Below, piece after piece: positions 1-9,298 of a DNA stretch of 42,250 nucleotides (position 1 is the first letter of the stretch; the number at the start of each line of letters is the position of its first letter). Source of the DNA: Minisyncoccia bacterium (lineage in GTDB: Bacteria; Patescibacteriota; Minisyncoccia; Phycocordibacterales; UBA918); assembly GCA_046598345.1 (NCBI GenBank), contig JBKJIT010000001.1, positions 1-42,250 of the forward strand, read 5' to 3'. Below the pieces are notes generated by a model that was not told the DNA's origin, did not search any database, and worked only from the letters and a program-made list of their open reading frames with translations. Made by a program: the position numbers and the translations under genes.

Positions 1-75
1 GAGGACGGTACAGGCTTCATATCGTGCTCCTTACGTCCGCGCGATGTATTCAGCCTCTTCGATCCCTTAGGCTCA
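1..75 (-). repeat. tRNA-linked cassette type B with antisense T-arm of tRNA-Arg(GCG); runs off window start
   Basis: Plus strand 58-67 TTCGATCCCT equals the T-arm of the tRNA at 10904-10975, so it is antisense on the tRNA strand. Minus strand reads GAA-GAGGCT...ATCG..CGAT..GAAGCCT-GTACC-GTCC, closely resembling the cassette after tRNA-Leu (35560-35660). Confidence 0.7.
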
Positions 76-87
76 TTGAAAATAGTA

Positions 88-189
88 TATCTTGGCGTCA
101 GCTCACTAATTCACTTCGTTCATAAGTGGCTCCTGCCCGGTCTCGCGTTTGTGGCATGAGGAATAGCCACAACATCGCTCCGACTCACA
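88..189 (-). repeat. tRNA-linked structured cassette type A, copy 1
   Basis: Minus-strand core GGGCAGGAGCCACTTATGAACGAAGTGAATTAGTGAGCTGACGCC; clearly homologous to 32577-32680, 26304-26400 and 30525-30616. Confidence 0.85.
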
Positions 190-235
190 AACGCAAAACG
201 ACTTGAAGCAGTTCAAGTCGTTTTGTCTTATTGTG
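186..235 (-). terminator. Long hairpin, the probable original 3' flank of tRNA-Arg(GCG)
   Basis: CAAAACGACTTGAA-GCAG-TTCAAGTCGTTTTG inverted repeat with CACAA/TTGTG outer arms. It has the same style as the hairpins directly after the other five tRNAs. Confidence 0.65.
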
Positions 236-406
236 CAGGCGACTTATGGCTTTCAGAACTGTTCCAAAGCAGATACGATATTAGGACTGCAATACAGAGG
301 TTGGACGCGATGTTTGTTTAAAATGACCTACAATTACCTACAATGCTGGCTGGATGGACTCTCTGCAGCTGCAAAAAATACCCCTTAATGTTAGTATATC
401 GTCACA

Positions 407-1504
407 ATGTCTAAGAAAGTGATCTTCAAATTAGCTGAATTGTTTTGCGGACCCGGAGGTCTGTCACTGGGAGCTACCCGGGCAAAACTTAAACACCAGG
501 ACAACATCTATGAGGTGACGCCTATTTGGGCAAATGACATTGATGAGGACACTTGTAATACCTACGCAAGCAATCTTCACGATGGAAATCGGGAAAATGT
601 CATATGTGCTCCTGTGGAAACAATCGACTTTAAAAAAGTCCCCCGTTTTGATGCCCTAGCTTTTGGTTTTCCTTGTAATGATTTTTCTCTCGTAGGTGAG
701 CAGAAAGGTTTTGATGGAAAATTCGGACCCTTATATTCCTACGGTGTGCGAGCCATTGAAGCCCACAGCCCAAAGTGGTTTTTTGCTGAAAATGTAGGGG
801 GTCTACAGAGCGCTAACGGCGGTGAAGCATTTAAACAAATTCTTCGTGATTTAGAAAGCGCTGGTAAGGGTTATGAGATTACTCCCCATCTTTATAAATT
901 TGAAGAATATGGAGTTCCTCAATTGAGACATCGTGTTGTCATTATTGGCATTAGGAAAGATCTTGGATTGAAGTTTAGAGTACCCGCTCCTACAACAAAA
1001 GATAAGTACCTTACTATGCAGGAAATCTTAGAAGATGACCCAATTCCTCTGAATGCAAGAAATCATGAACTTACCAAACAATCTGCAATTGTAGTGGAAA
1101 GGTTGAGTCACATACCGCCAGGTCAAAATGCTTGGTACGAAGGCATACCTTTACACCTACGTTTGAATGTAAAAGGGGCTCGAATGAGTCAGATTTATCG
1201 AAAGCTACATCCTAATAAACCCTCCTACACTCTCACAGGGAGTGGTGGTGGTGGAACGCATGGTTATCATTGGAAGGAAAACCGAGCCCTTACCAATAGA
1301 GAGCGAGCAAGAATCCAAACGTTCCCTGACAGTTTCTTCTTTATGGGTTCTAAAGAAAGCGTTCGCAAGCAAATAGGTATGGCTGTTCCGCCGAAGGGTG
1401 CGCAAGTGATAGTAGAAGCTATTTTGAAGACTTTTGCCCGAAAGAGCTATTCATCTATTGAACAAAAATTCAAACTTGAAGAAATCTTGAGAGAAATCTT
1501 ATAA
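407..1504 (+). CDS. dcm: DNA (cytosine-5) methyltransferase
   Basis: Motif I LFCGPGG, motif IV GFPCNDFS, motif VI ENV, PQxRxR, and C-terminal RERARIQTFPD...IGMAVPP. Confidence 0.96.
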   Translation: MSKKVIFKLAELFCGPGGLSLGATRAKLKHQDNIYEVTPIWANDIDEDTCNTYASNLHDGNRENVICAPVETIDFKKVPRFDALAFGFPCNDFSLVGEQKGFDGKFGPLYSYGVRAIEAHSPKWFFAENVGGLQSANGGEAFKQILRDLESAGKGYEITPHLYKFEEYGVPQLRHRVVIIGIRKDLGLKFRVPAPTTKDKYLTMQEILEDDPIPLNARNHELTKQSAIVVERLSHIPPGQNAWYEGIPLHLRLNVKGARMSQIYRKLHPNKPSYTLTGSGGGGTHGYHWKENRALTNRERARIQTFPDSFFFMGSKESVRKQIGMAVPPKGAQVIVEAILKTFARKSYSSIEQKFKLEEILREIL

Positions 1505-2344
1505 TCGAGCTATTAGTTGTTTCCAAGAGGTTTCCTCTTTATGCATTAGGCCTGAAGGTATTACATACCTGACACCAGTAAACTCCTGTCCGGGAATACT
1601 AGTTACTTCTTTCAGATCCTTTTCTTCACACCATCCTGCAATTTCATACGGAATTTCTTCAAAGCCCGGGATTAGATCTTTATATCTATCAAAGTGTTGA
1701 TGTCCTTCCATAAGTTCCTTTACTTTATCCTTAGAAATCCTAAGCAGATGATCGTCTGGTATGTCTACTCTACAAAATATATATACATCAGATTTTCTTC
1801 CTTCTCTAACATCACCCTCACTTAAAACGAGGTAACTACTCTTAGGCTTTGAGGTTTTGATGCCGACACCAATTCTAGGTGTTCTTCTAACACCTTCGTC
1901 TGTGATAAAAGAAACATCCTGTGCCACAAACTCGTCTCTGATTTCAAAATCTAATTCTATATCGATGTTAAATTTTTCTTTAAGAAACTTCTGAAATGCT
2001 AATTCACCTAATTGCCCTTTCATCCAGTTACTAACTTTTTGCCCAAACTCCCTTTTCCGCCCGGTTCCAAAATCAGAGTTAACGTAATTTTTATAATGCA
2101 TTGCTAATGCAAAATCTAAACAACGAGTATAGTCCTCAAAACTAAGCACCCCTGACCTCCAATTAAAACTTTGTTTCCAAGCTTCTAAGTCACTTATCTT
2201 AAACTTAAAGAATCCTCTATTGCTGGGTCTTAGTAGCGCATTGAATTCCCGAGCATTCTTAAAGTAATTATCAAAGGTTTTAGCGTCTATATTTAAAAAG
2301 GCAATTGCCTGCTTTTTTGCAACAATTTCATCTATAGTTTCCAT
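1499..2344 (-). CDS. Putative restriction endonuclease (PD-(D/E)XK-like) with N-terminal HTH-like region
   Basis: Convergent with the MTase. It has a GQLGE..QD..GIKTSK nuclease-like pattern, and the N-terminal AIAFLNIDAKTFDNY resembles an excisionase-type HTH. Start METIDE lies 7 nt after TATACT. Confidence 0.65.
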   Translation of the reverse strand: METIDEIVAKKQAIAFLNIDAKTFDNYFKNAREFNALLRPSNRGFFKFKISDLEAWKQSFNWRSGVLSFEDYTRCLDFALAMHYKNYVNSDFGTGRKREFGQKVSNWMKGQLGELAFQKFLKEKFNIDIELDFEIRDEFVAQDVSFITDEGVRRTPRIGVGIKTSKPKSSYLVLSEGDVREGRKSDVYIFCRVDIPDDHLLRISKDKVKELMEGHQHFDRYKDLIPGFEEIPYEIAGWCEEKDLKEVTSIPGQEFTGVRYVIPSGLMHKEETSWKQLIARL

Positions 2345-2564
2345 CGTAAATAGTATAGCAGAGCGTTTCACCCAGTTTGTCCTTAGTCACGCTCACCCTT
2401 TTATAGCGTTACTACACCAAGCTTTTTATAGTGTGAACAAATTGATCACGAAATTCCATTCCAAATCCATTGCATTTCTAGATAATTGGTATTTTTCTTG
2501 TACAGCAGACTATCGGAAGGGTAGTAGAAAGTGAGGTTATACCAGGTCTTTTATGCTGAAAATG

Positions 2565-2903
2565 CTAGGTTTTGTAGGGTTCTTCTTTTGATTCAGCTTT
2601 CTCTTTAAGAAAAGAGATGCCATTCTTGTATCCATCTTCTGTAATAGCTTTCATTTCAAAGTGAGTGGGCTTTTTAAAAAGGACGTCACCTTTTTTTTGG
2701 AGATCAGCAACTGTTCTCGCCACCCATTCGTTTACGGCTCTTTCGTTAACTTCTATTCTGTTTAAACCTTGACTCAGATACTCATAAGAGGCACATAGTA
2801 ATACTTCTGTTTTACGATTAGATTGATCTGAAATAAACTCCACTTTAGTCCAGAAACTATCAGTCGAGAAATCTCTATACAACTTACCTGTAATAGTTTG
2901 CAT
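2565..2903 (-). CDS. Hypothetical protein, 112 aa, directly downstream of the DUF3800 gene
   Basis: ATG-started ORF, 9 nt gap to the upstream gene, natural composition. Confidence 0.7.
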   Translation of the reverse strand: MQTITGKLYRDFSTDSFWTKVEFISDQSNRKTEVLLCASYEYLSQGLNRIEVNERAVNEWVARTVADLQKKGDVLFKKPTHFEMKAITEDGYKNGISFLKEKAESKEEPYKT

Positions 2904-2912
2904 GTCTATACA

Positions 2913-3734
2913 TTATACCTGACTAATCAGTCGATTAAACTTTGCTTGTAGATTATTTTTAGCTGTTCGACACCATTCTTGTGAAGTTCTTATGGGATAG
3001 ATATTGAAGCCACTACCAGTTATTTTCATACCTACACCCCTATCGACAGCCCAGAAGTTATTCTTTATTTGGGGTAAAAAATTGTGTCCCATTTCTCTAA
3101 AACTTACGAAAATTGCTCCTAATACCACATCGTTAATTTGATGCAAATAACTATCTTCGTTTTCAACCTGTATTATAGGCAACGCAATTTTTTTTAAAAT
3201 ATATCGACTAGTATCTCTAGTACCTCCATTGGGGAACAGGTCAATGCAATGCAAATCCATATCAGACTTTACAGCATCCCCAAAGCGATCTGCCATGACT
3301 ATGCCGTAATTCTCTCTGCCTAGGTACTGGTCAAATTGATACAGCAAATCGTTTATACCGTACTTATGGGATCGTATCTGTGTCTTGGGGTCTAATGTCA
3401 TCTTAATTTTACCATCTTCTTTTATGGTTCGACTATGATAGAACTGGTGTGGACTCAAACACACAATTAGTTTAGCTCCTGATTCAGAAAACAATGTAAG
3501 TACTTCGTCTTTAACATTACGATGCGTGTCTCCGTCTAAAGTACTTCCTTCCCAGCGTTCGTTATTCCATTTAATTGGTCTAATCTTAGGTAGTCCGTAC
3601 TTCACTTTAATATTTAAAATTCCTTCTGCTAAAGGCTTTGCCTCAGTTTCATCAACCACAATTCCACCATACATAAAAAAACCAATTTTAGTGTCCCAAG
3701 CAAGACTACTTTCATCAGCTATTAGTAGTTTCAT
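2913..3734 (-). CDS. DUF3800 family protein (RNase H-like)
   Basis: N-terminal MKLLIADES...FFMYGG and C-terminal SYLHQINDVV match the DES / Q.AD signature. Start moved to ATG 3734. Confidence 0.75.
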   Translation of the reverse strand: MKLLIADESSLAWDTKIGFFMYGGIVVDETEAKPLAEGILNIKVKYGLPKIRPIKWNNERWEGSTLDGDTHRNVKDEVLTLFSESGAKLIVCLSPHQFYHSRTIKEDGKIKMTLDPKTQIRSHKYGINDLLYQFDQYLGRENYGIVMADRFGDAVKSDMDLHCIDLFPNGGTRDTSRYILKKIALPIIQVENEDSYLHQINDVVLGAIFVSFREMGHNFLPQIKNNFWAVDRGVGMKITGSGFNIYPIRTSQEWCRTAKNNLQAKFNRLISQV

Positions 3735-3937
3735 TGCATTCCATAATATTCCTTTCATCTTCAGAAATCTATAGATGAGCTCAAACTTCCCAAGTTCTCT
3801 CACTGGGAGTAATGGTCTGCAGGTTTTGCAGGTGTCATTTGCTTCAAATTTAAAGTCTTTCACAGCGTCAGCACGTTAGCTACGCGGTCTTTTTACTTTA
3901 AAAATATGTTATTGTAGAAATACAACTGAATATAAAT

Positions 3938-4098
3938 GACCTAACCCTACAGCTCATAAGCCGTAGGTATGGTCGAAAAACGCATTCAACATAGAGAACC
4001 CGTCATTAGGGCGTTGAATGCGTTATAGAGGGAAACTTCTATAGGACCGTAAGGTCTCCTAGTGGCGGGCTTTGTGTTTTAACATAAGCCCCTACTAG
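3938..4098 (+). ncRNA. Candidate structured ncRNA or long leader (five consecutive hairpins)
   Basis: Stems at 3938-3974, 3979-4024 (12 bp perfect), 4024-4043 (GAAA loop), 4045-4056 (GTAA loop) and 4059-4098. Confidence 0.6.
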
Positions 4099-4128
4099 CG
4101 CATTAGCAACAGGGCTTTTATTTTTTAT

Positions 4129-4671
4129 ATGAAACACCTCACAAGAACCCCCCTCATGGTGGCATTTATTGTTCTACTACCCTTAGCCACTTTTGGTGCA
4201 CAAACGATGTTTACTGAGACAAGTGTGCAACGCGCATACCAATCACAGCAGAAGGAAATTGAAACTCAAATTACTTCTAATATGAAGGCTATGGTTCTTC
4301 TCTCAACAAAAGGTAGAGGGTGTTCTTGGTATCCAGAAGTTGGAAAAGCAACCTCAGCAGAAAGAGAAGCTTGCAAGAAATGGGTCGCTTTGGAAGAACA
4401 AAATAATCAGTTGAACGAGGATAAAAGAATTCTTGATGTTGCATACAAACTTCTTGTTGGTTCCTTTAAGGCGGAAGAAAAAGCGAACTTGGAAGAAACG
4501 GAGAAAACCAAAGCAGCACAACAAAAGAAACTAGATGCCATTCAGAAAAATGGATTCTACATTGAATGTAATGTTGATGGTAGTAGCTGTGTGAGATGGG
4601 TAAGCGGGTCGTGTTATCAAGAGCGTAACAAAAATGGCACGTACTCTTCCCTTAGGCAGTGTGGCGGGTAG
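4129..4671 (+). CDS. Secreted hypothetical protein with coiled coil and six Cys
   Basis: Signal peptide MKHL...ATFGA; Cys-rich C-terminus. Confidence 0.75.
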   Translation: MKHLTRTPLMVAFIVLLPLATFGAQTMFTETSVQRAYQSQQKEIETQITSNMKAMVLLSTKGRGCSWYPEVGKATSAEREACKKWVALEEQNNQLNEDKRILDVAYKLLVGSFKAEEKANLEETEKTKAAQQKKLDAIQKNGFYIECNVDGSSCVRWVSGSCYQERNKNGTYSSLRQCGG

Positions 4672-4708
4672 ATCAACGCACCAAGGTTTCATAAATAAAT
4701 GAAATTAT

Positions 4709-5536
4709 ATGGAAAATATTTACCCACTCAAAAAAAGGTCTCCTTCTAATATTTTGGGGTATTTTGAACATCTCCTGCTCGTAGAAGATGAAAATGAGGT
4801 TCTTTGCAATAGCATCAAAAATGAAATGAGTAAGATTGGGTATGAGTTAGTACCTTATTCAGCGGAAAGAGCAGATGCCAAGTCATTCCTTTCAAAAAAG
4901 GCCAGTAAATTTGTGTATCCATACAAAAACAAACAAGCACCACACAGTGATCTATATAATGTCTATGCGAAACTTGGACCCCTTATTCAAGAGGCTTGGC
5001 AGAGGCAATTGAAGACCTTAGAAAAAGATGATAATAAAAATGAAAGCGTTTCTAATGTGATACTCAATGAAAAAGTGGTTCAGAATATACGAAGTAGGTA
5101 TTCTTTAGAAGAGCTCCATAAAATCTACAGTGACCACGATCACGGCTCTGGGAGTATTTTCTCCATGAAAACTTTGACGTTAATCAAGTATGTTTCTTTG
5201 GCTTTAATTATTTTTTCTGTCTTTTTTAATTCTATTTTTTTGTCGATAATAGCTTTTGTTATGGGAACTTACTCTTTTTCACAAACAGCTAAGAATCTAG
5301 CTTATGAGGAAGGTTCATCGGATGGCATTAATGATGGCTATGAATATGGAGAGAATACTACATACCTAAGCTTGTTAGAAAATGACATGAAAGGATCATA
5401 TCTGCATCTTTGGAATCTATTATATGGAGACGGTTACAACAACCGTGAAAATCCAGACGATAAAAATTTTAATGAATTTCTTGATAAGAAAATAAAGGAA
5501 GAGGAGGACACTAAACTAGAACAAAAGGATATTTGA
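4709..5536 (+). CDS. Hypothetical membrane protein
   Basis: 275 aa ORF with a central hydrophobic hairpin (YVSLALIIFSVFFNSIFLSIIAFVMG). Confidence 0.75.
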   Translation: MENIYPLKKRSPSNILGYFEHLLLVEDENEVLCNSIKNEMSKIGYELVPYSAERADAKSFLSKKASKFVYPYKNKQAPHSDLYNVYAKLGPLIQEAWQRQLKTLEKDDNKNESVSNVILNEKVVQNIRSRYSLEELHKIYSDHDHGSGSIFSMKTLTLIKYVSLALIIFSVFFNSIFLSIIAFVMGTYSFSQTAKNLAYEEGSSDGINDGYEYGENTTYLSLLENDMKGSYLHLWNLLYGDGYNNRENPDDKNFNEFLDKKIKEEEDTKLEQKDI

Positions 5537-5715
5537 AATCGGCTAATTTCTCAAAACATTGTGCGATAGTGGTGTCGAGTGAAGGTAACTGAAGGCCCGG
5601 GGACTGTGAAATCTGCCTATTAAAGCCTATCTTTCCAACTATACTCGCATGCACTGTAAGCATGGGGCGACGACTCAAAAACAAGTTCTCAATGTTTGTT
5701 TTGTGACCAAATAAC

Positions 5716-5752
5716 AGGTTATGACAAGGTTTTACGAGGTTCTTCATAGGGA
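5716..5752. promoter_or_regulatory. Helically phased AGGTT repeats
   Basis: AGGTT at 5716, 5727 and 5737, and AGGGA at 5748. Confidence 0.4.
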
Positions 5753-6001
5753 TCATACCTACAATAACCTGCAATTTTGGAGGTTCATATCAGTCTTGTT
5801 TTTCAACCATCTCAGGTTTTTTAGGGCTTTAAGGTTTGATCGGCTACCAATTCAGCTCAGAAACAAGTCATGTCACCTTATTGAGTAAAGGCTTATATAT
5901 TTGGCTACTTTAGGCATATAAATGCGATACGGCTTGGTTTTGGACTCCCGGAGTACGTAGATTAAGCTAAGTAAAGCTAGGTTGTTGTTTAAGATTGAAA
6001 A

Positions 6002-6685
6002 ATGTATGATTTTACTATGAAACCTGGTCAGAAGAATAAAAAAGACGCTCATCTAGTACTCGACATGATTGAGCACTACCAGAAGCGTAACACCACAGAG
6101 GGTGTTACAACTATTTCTGGAACTCAAGATTTCGATCTGGATTTTGATACATTTGACGCAGTTGTCCGTGATTTGCAAACCTTTTTTAAAGATGAGATTG
6201 AAATAGTAAATATTTATGATTCCATAAATGAGGAGCATTGGTTGAATCCTCCTATGCGTGGATACCCTGAGCATCGTCCTGTTGCAGAATTGCGTATCAA
6301 AGGACCAGTTGGCAAACTTCGATCTCTTGTTGAATCAGAATATAAGAGTTTGGTTAGCAATAAAATTGAAATCATCATCGACAAAAAGCATGGTCTTTAT
6401 ATGAAATCGCATCCAGATAGATCGTATGAACTTCAGCACAAAACTAAAAATGTAGTAACAAAAAGATATCGGTTGATTGAGAAATTGATCAAAGCAAAAA
6501 GGATCGTTAGTGGTCCCAAGCTCCGGGGGGAGTTGGGTTATGAAACAATCTCTCTGGTGGGCCAGGAGATAAAGAAAATTAATAACGGTTGTCGTGAAAA
6601 GGCGGGTTTGTTTGACGATCTAATAAGCCATCAAAATACAGGTGGTTATGAAATAAATTCTCGTTACAGCATTTCATTAAAGTAA
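6002..6685 (+). CDS. Putative regulator with C-terminal winged helix (OmpR/ToxR-like)
   Basis: C-terminal LIEKL...VSGPKLRGELG...IKKIN...LISHQNTGGYEIN pattern; lies upstream of the primase. Confidence 0.6.
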   Translation: MYDFTMKPGQKNKKDAHLVLDMIEHYQKRNTTEGVTTISGTQDFDLDFDTFDAVVRDLQTFFKDEIEIVNIYDSINEEHWLNPPMRGYPEHRPVAELRIKGPVGKLRSLVESEYKSLVSNKIEIIIDKKHGLYMKSHPDRSYELQHKTKNVVTKRYRLIEKLIKAKRIVSGPKLRGELGYETISLVGQEIKKINNGCREKAGLFDDLISHQNTGGYEINSRYSISLK

Positions 6686-6710
6686 CCTTCTCGTAACCTC
6701 TAGATAACCT
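6683..6710. promoter_or_regulatory. Three TAACCT direct repeats at 11 bp spacing
   Basis: TAACCT at 6683, 6694 and 6705; inverted AGGTTA at 6770. Confidence 0.5.
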
Positions 6711-6848
6711 GTGCATTAGTTTTAAAAACCCATTTATATATGGGCTTTTTTAGTGTCTTTTAAGTTACGAGGTTATGTGACGCTATTGATCAAAATTCGA
6801 GATGATAGTTCTATCACCGAATAATAAATCCCGGTGACTTAAAAAACT

Positions 6849-8939
6849 ATGGAAACTACAAGTAGGCTCACCTCTGCACTACACTACCAGGCAATTGGCT
6901 GGTCTATTATCCCAGTCAATAAGAATAAGATTCCGTATCTTAAGACGTGGAGGGAGTTTCAGAAAAGAAAACCAACAGAACAAGAACTACGTAGTTGGTG
7001 GAGTAAGTGGCCGGGCGCTAATCCCGCAGTAGTAACAGGAGAGATATCTGGGTTAGTAGTTCTTGATATAGACATAAAACACAATCGTTCGTCAAAAGAA
7101 TTTGATATCCCACTAACTGTTTGTAGTAAAACGGGCAGTGGTGGCGAACATGTTTTTTTTAAGCACCCGAAGCGACGAGTAAAAAGTACCAACAGTCAGC
7201 TTTTTGGTTTAGGTGTAGACATGAAAGCAGATGGCGGTTATGTGGTTCTGCCACCAGGCGAAAACAACAATGGTTCTTATGAATGGTTAGTCAGTCCAGA
7301 AGATGCTGAAATTTCCGATGCCCCCGTATGGTTACTGAAAGCATTTGGAGAGCAGAGCAAAAGTAAACAAAAACTATGGCAAAAAGGTATCGGAGGTGTT
7401 GGTGAGGGACTAAGGAATGAGACGGCAGCTTCCATGGCTGGGAAGATTATGAGTAATTGTAGTCCAGAACTATTGAGTACTATTGGGTGGGGTCAGTTTG
7501 TTGCTTGGAACAACAATAATGACCCGCCACTCAACGACCGAGAGCTTCATCTTGTTTGGGATAGTATATCTACACTACAAAGTGGGTCAAATCTTGAGAC
7601 ACAGAAAGTTAGCTTAGATGACGACCAATACGAAAAACTTATCGTGGCAAGTAAGGATCCTAAGGAGGTGGCGTATGCAGTCGCTCAATATTTGAGTCGT
7701 AAGTACTACCTAAAAACACCAGACAACAAAAACCGCGAAATCTTTGCGTATAGAGCTGGTTGTTATCGTGAATCTGATAATTTCCTAAAACAAGAAGTGC
7801 AAAGAATTTTAACTAACAGACTCACCCGTTCGCTACTGAGTGAAATTATAGAACACATTAAAAACCTTACACTTGTAGACGAAAAAAAATTAGAAGTCAG
7901 CAAGGATTTAATAAATCTAAAAAATGGTATTTATTCCATTGTTGATAAACAACTTACTGAACACTCACCAAAATACTTTTTCACTTGGCAACTACCACTT
8001 AACTACGTCGCTGGAGCGACATGTCCCGCAGTCATGGGGGCACTAAATACAATTCTGAGTGCTGACGACATTAAAGTGATCCAAGAATGGTTCGGCTATT
8101 GTTTGTATCGGGATTATGCGTTGAAAAAATCAGTCATTTTCGTTGGTGAGCAGAATACGGGTAAGACAACTCTCCTCTCATTGTTTATTTCTTTTGTAGG
8201 TGTAGAAAACATATCGGGCGTTAGTCTGGAGCAGTTAACTTCAACTACATTTGCCCTCGCACACTTGCGAGACAAGTTCATCAATATTTATGATGATCTC
8301 TCGTACAAAGACGTAAACGATAACGGGATGTTCAAGATGGTTACAGGAAACGGAACCATTACCGGCGAATTCAAATATGGTCACCAATTTCAGTTTCGAA
8401 ACTTCGCAAAGCTGACTTTTTCCTGCAATAAGATACCAAATGTTAAGGATGCGTATGACGAAGCATACTTTAACCGCTGGATCATTATCGAATTCAATCG
8501 ACAGATAGAGAAACCTGACCCAGCTCTCTTTAACAAAATCTCTACAGATGAAGAGCTTTCGGGACTACTTAACTTCTCCCTGGAAGGACTAACAAGGCTT
8601 CTTAAGAATGGCAAGTTCTCATACGAAAAGAGTGAGGACGAAATCAAGGAACAGATGCAAAAGTCCGGTTCACCTGTTGCGCAGTTCGCATACGACTGCT
8701 TGGAGGAATATGGAGGTGGGAGCATCGCTAAAGACGACATGGTCCAATATTTTAGAGCATATGCAAAAGACCATGCCTTGCCGTCCATGTCGAAAGAAAA
8801 GTTGGGCCGAAAGTTACCTCAGTACGCAACTTACATAGACGGGGGAAGACAAGGAGGAAGGGGAATACAAATATCAGTATGGCAAAACGTCAGGCTTAAA
8901 GACGGTTTGTTTTCTGATATCAACCCGAATGACTTTTAA
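6849..8939 (+). CDS. Phage/plasmid primase-helicase (Prim-Pol + PriCT-1 + D5-type SF3 helicase)
   Basis: GWSIIPV..K.P, VLDID, TGSGGEHVFF, GGYVVLPP, EGLRN, NLKNGI, Walker A GEQNTGKT, FSCN. Confidence 0.93.
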   Translation: METTSRLTSALHYQAIGWSIIPVNKNKIPYLKTWREFQKRKPTEQELRSWWSKWPGANPAVVTGEISGLVVLDIDIKHNRSSKEFDIPLTVCSKTGSGGEHVFFKHPKRRVKSTNSQLFGLGVDMKADGGYVVLPPGENNNGSYEWLVSPEDAEISDAPVWLLKAFGEQSKSKQKLWQKGIGGVGEGLRNETAASMAGKIMSNCSPELLSTIGWGQFVAWNNNNDPPLNDRELHLVWDSISTLQSGSNLETQKVSLDDDQYEKLIVASKDPKEVAYAVAQYLSRKYYLKTPDNKNREIFAYRAGCYRESDNFLKQEVQRILTNRLTRSLLSEIIEHIKNLTLVDEKKLEVSKDLINLKNGIYSIVDKQLTEHSPKYFFTWQLPLNYVAGATCPAVMGALNTILSADDIKVIQEWFGYCLYRDYALKKSVIFVGEQNTGKTTLLSLFISFVGVENISGVSLEQLTSTTFALAHLRDKFINIYDDLSYKDVNDNGMFKMVTGNGTITGEFKYGHQFQFRNFAKLTFSCNKIPNVKDAYDEAYFNRWIIIEFNRQIEKPDPALFNKISTDEELSGLLNFSLEGLTRLLKNGKFSYEKSEDEIKEQMQKSGSPVAQFAYDCLEEYGGGSIAKDDMVQYFRAYAKDHALPSMSKEKLGRKLPQYATYIDGGRQGGRGIQISVWQNVRLKDGLFSDINPNDF

Positions 8940-9052
8940 ATGCAGTGACCATAGTAGGCATTTAAACCAAAACTAAGGAATCCAATATAAAAAAAGCTCA
9001 TAAGAGCTACCAACAGAAAAGCCCGCTACACCAACTACCATTCAACGATACA

Positions 9053-9298
9053 ATGAAAAAGTTACCTGAAAAAACTCGAAATGTAGACTCACTTGCTGAC
9101 AATACGAGTCAAACGGGTTTTTCAAATGGTCACTCTCAACAACGGCAGTCCTCATTCGGTGTCAAAGAAATTAAAGCGTATACCGAACTTGGTCTCATCT
9201 TAAGACGTATTCATAAACGTATGAATACAGAACAAATTGAAATTACTAAATATGGAAACTCCAATCAAGAAAATAAAAGCGAAGGCTTACCAAGATGA
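9053..9298 (+). CDS. Small protein overlapping the recombinase start (candidate directionality factor)
   Basis: ATG-started 81 aa ORF between the primase and recombinase; function inferred from position only. Confidence 0.45.
   Translation: MKKLPEKTRNVDSLADNTSQTGFSNGHSQQRQSSFGVKEIKAYTELGLILRRIHKRMNTEQIEITKYGNSNQENKSEGLPR

Noticed and set aside
203-388. 61 aa ORF from the track
   Set aside because: It starts with TTG inside a hairpin and spans the predicted att junction. A different frame (235-321) is the more meaningful one.
5511-5774. 87 aa minus-strand ORF
   Set aside because: Non-ATG start, no RBS or motif, and it overlaps the repeat-containing intergenic region.
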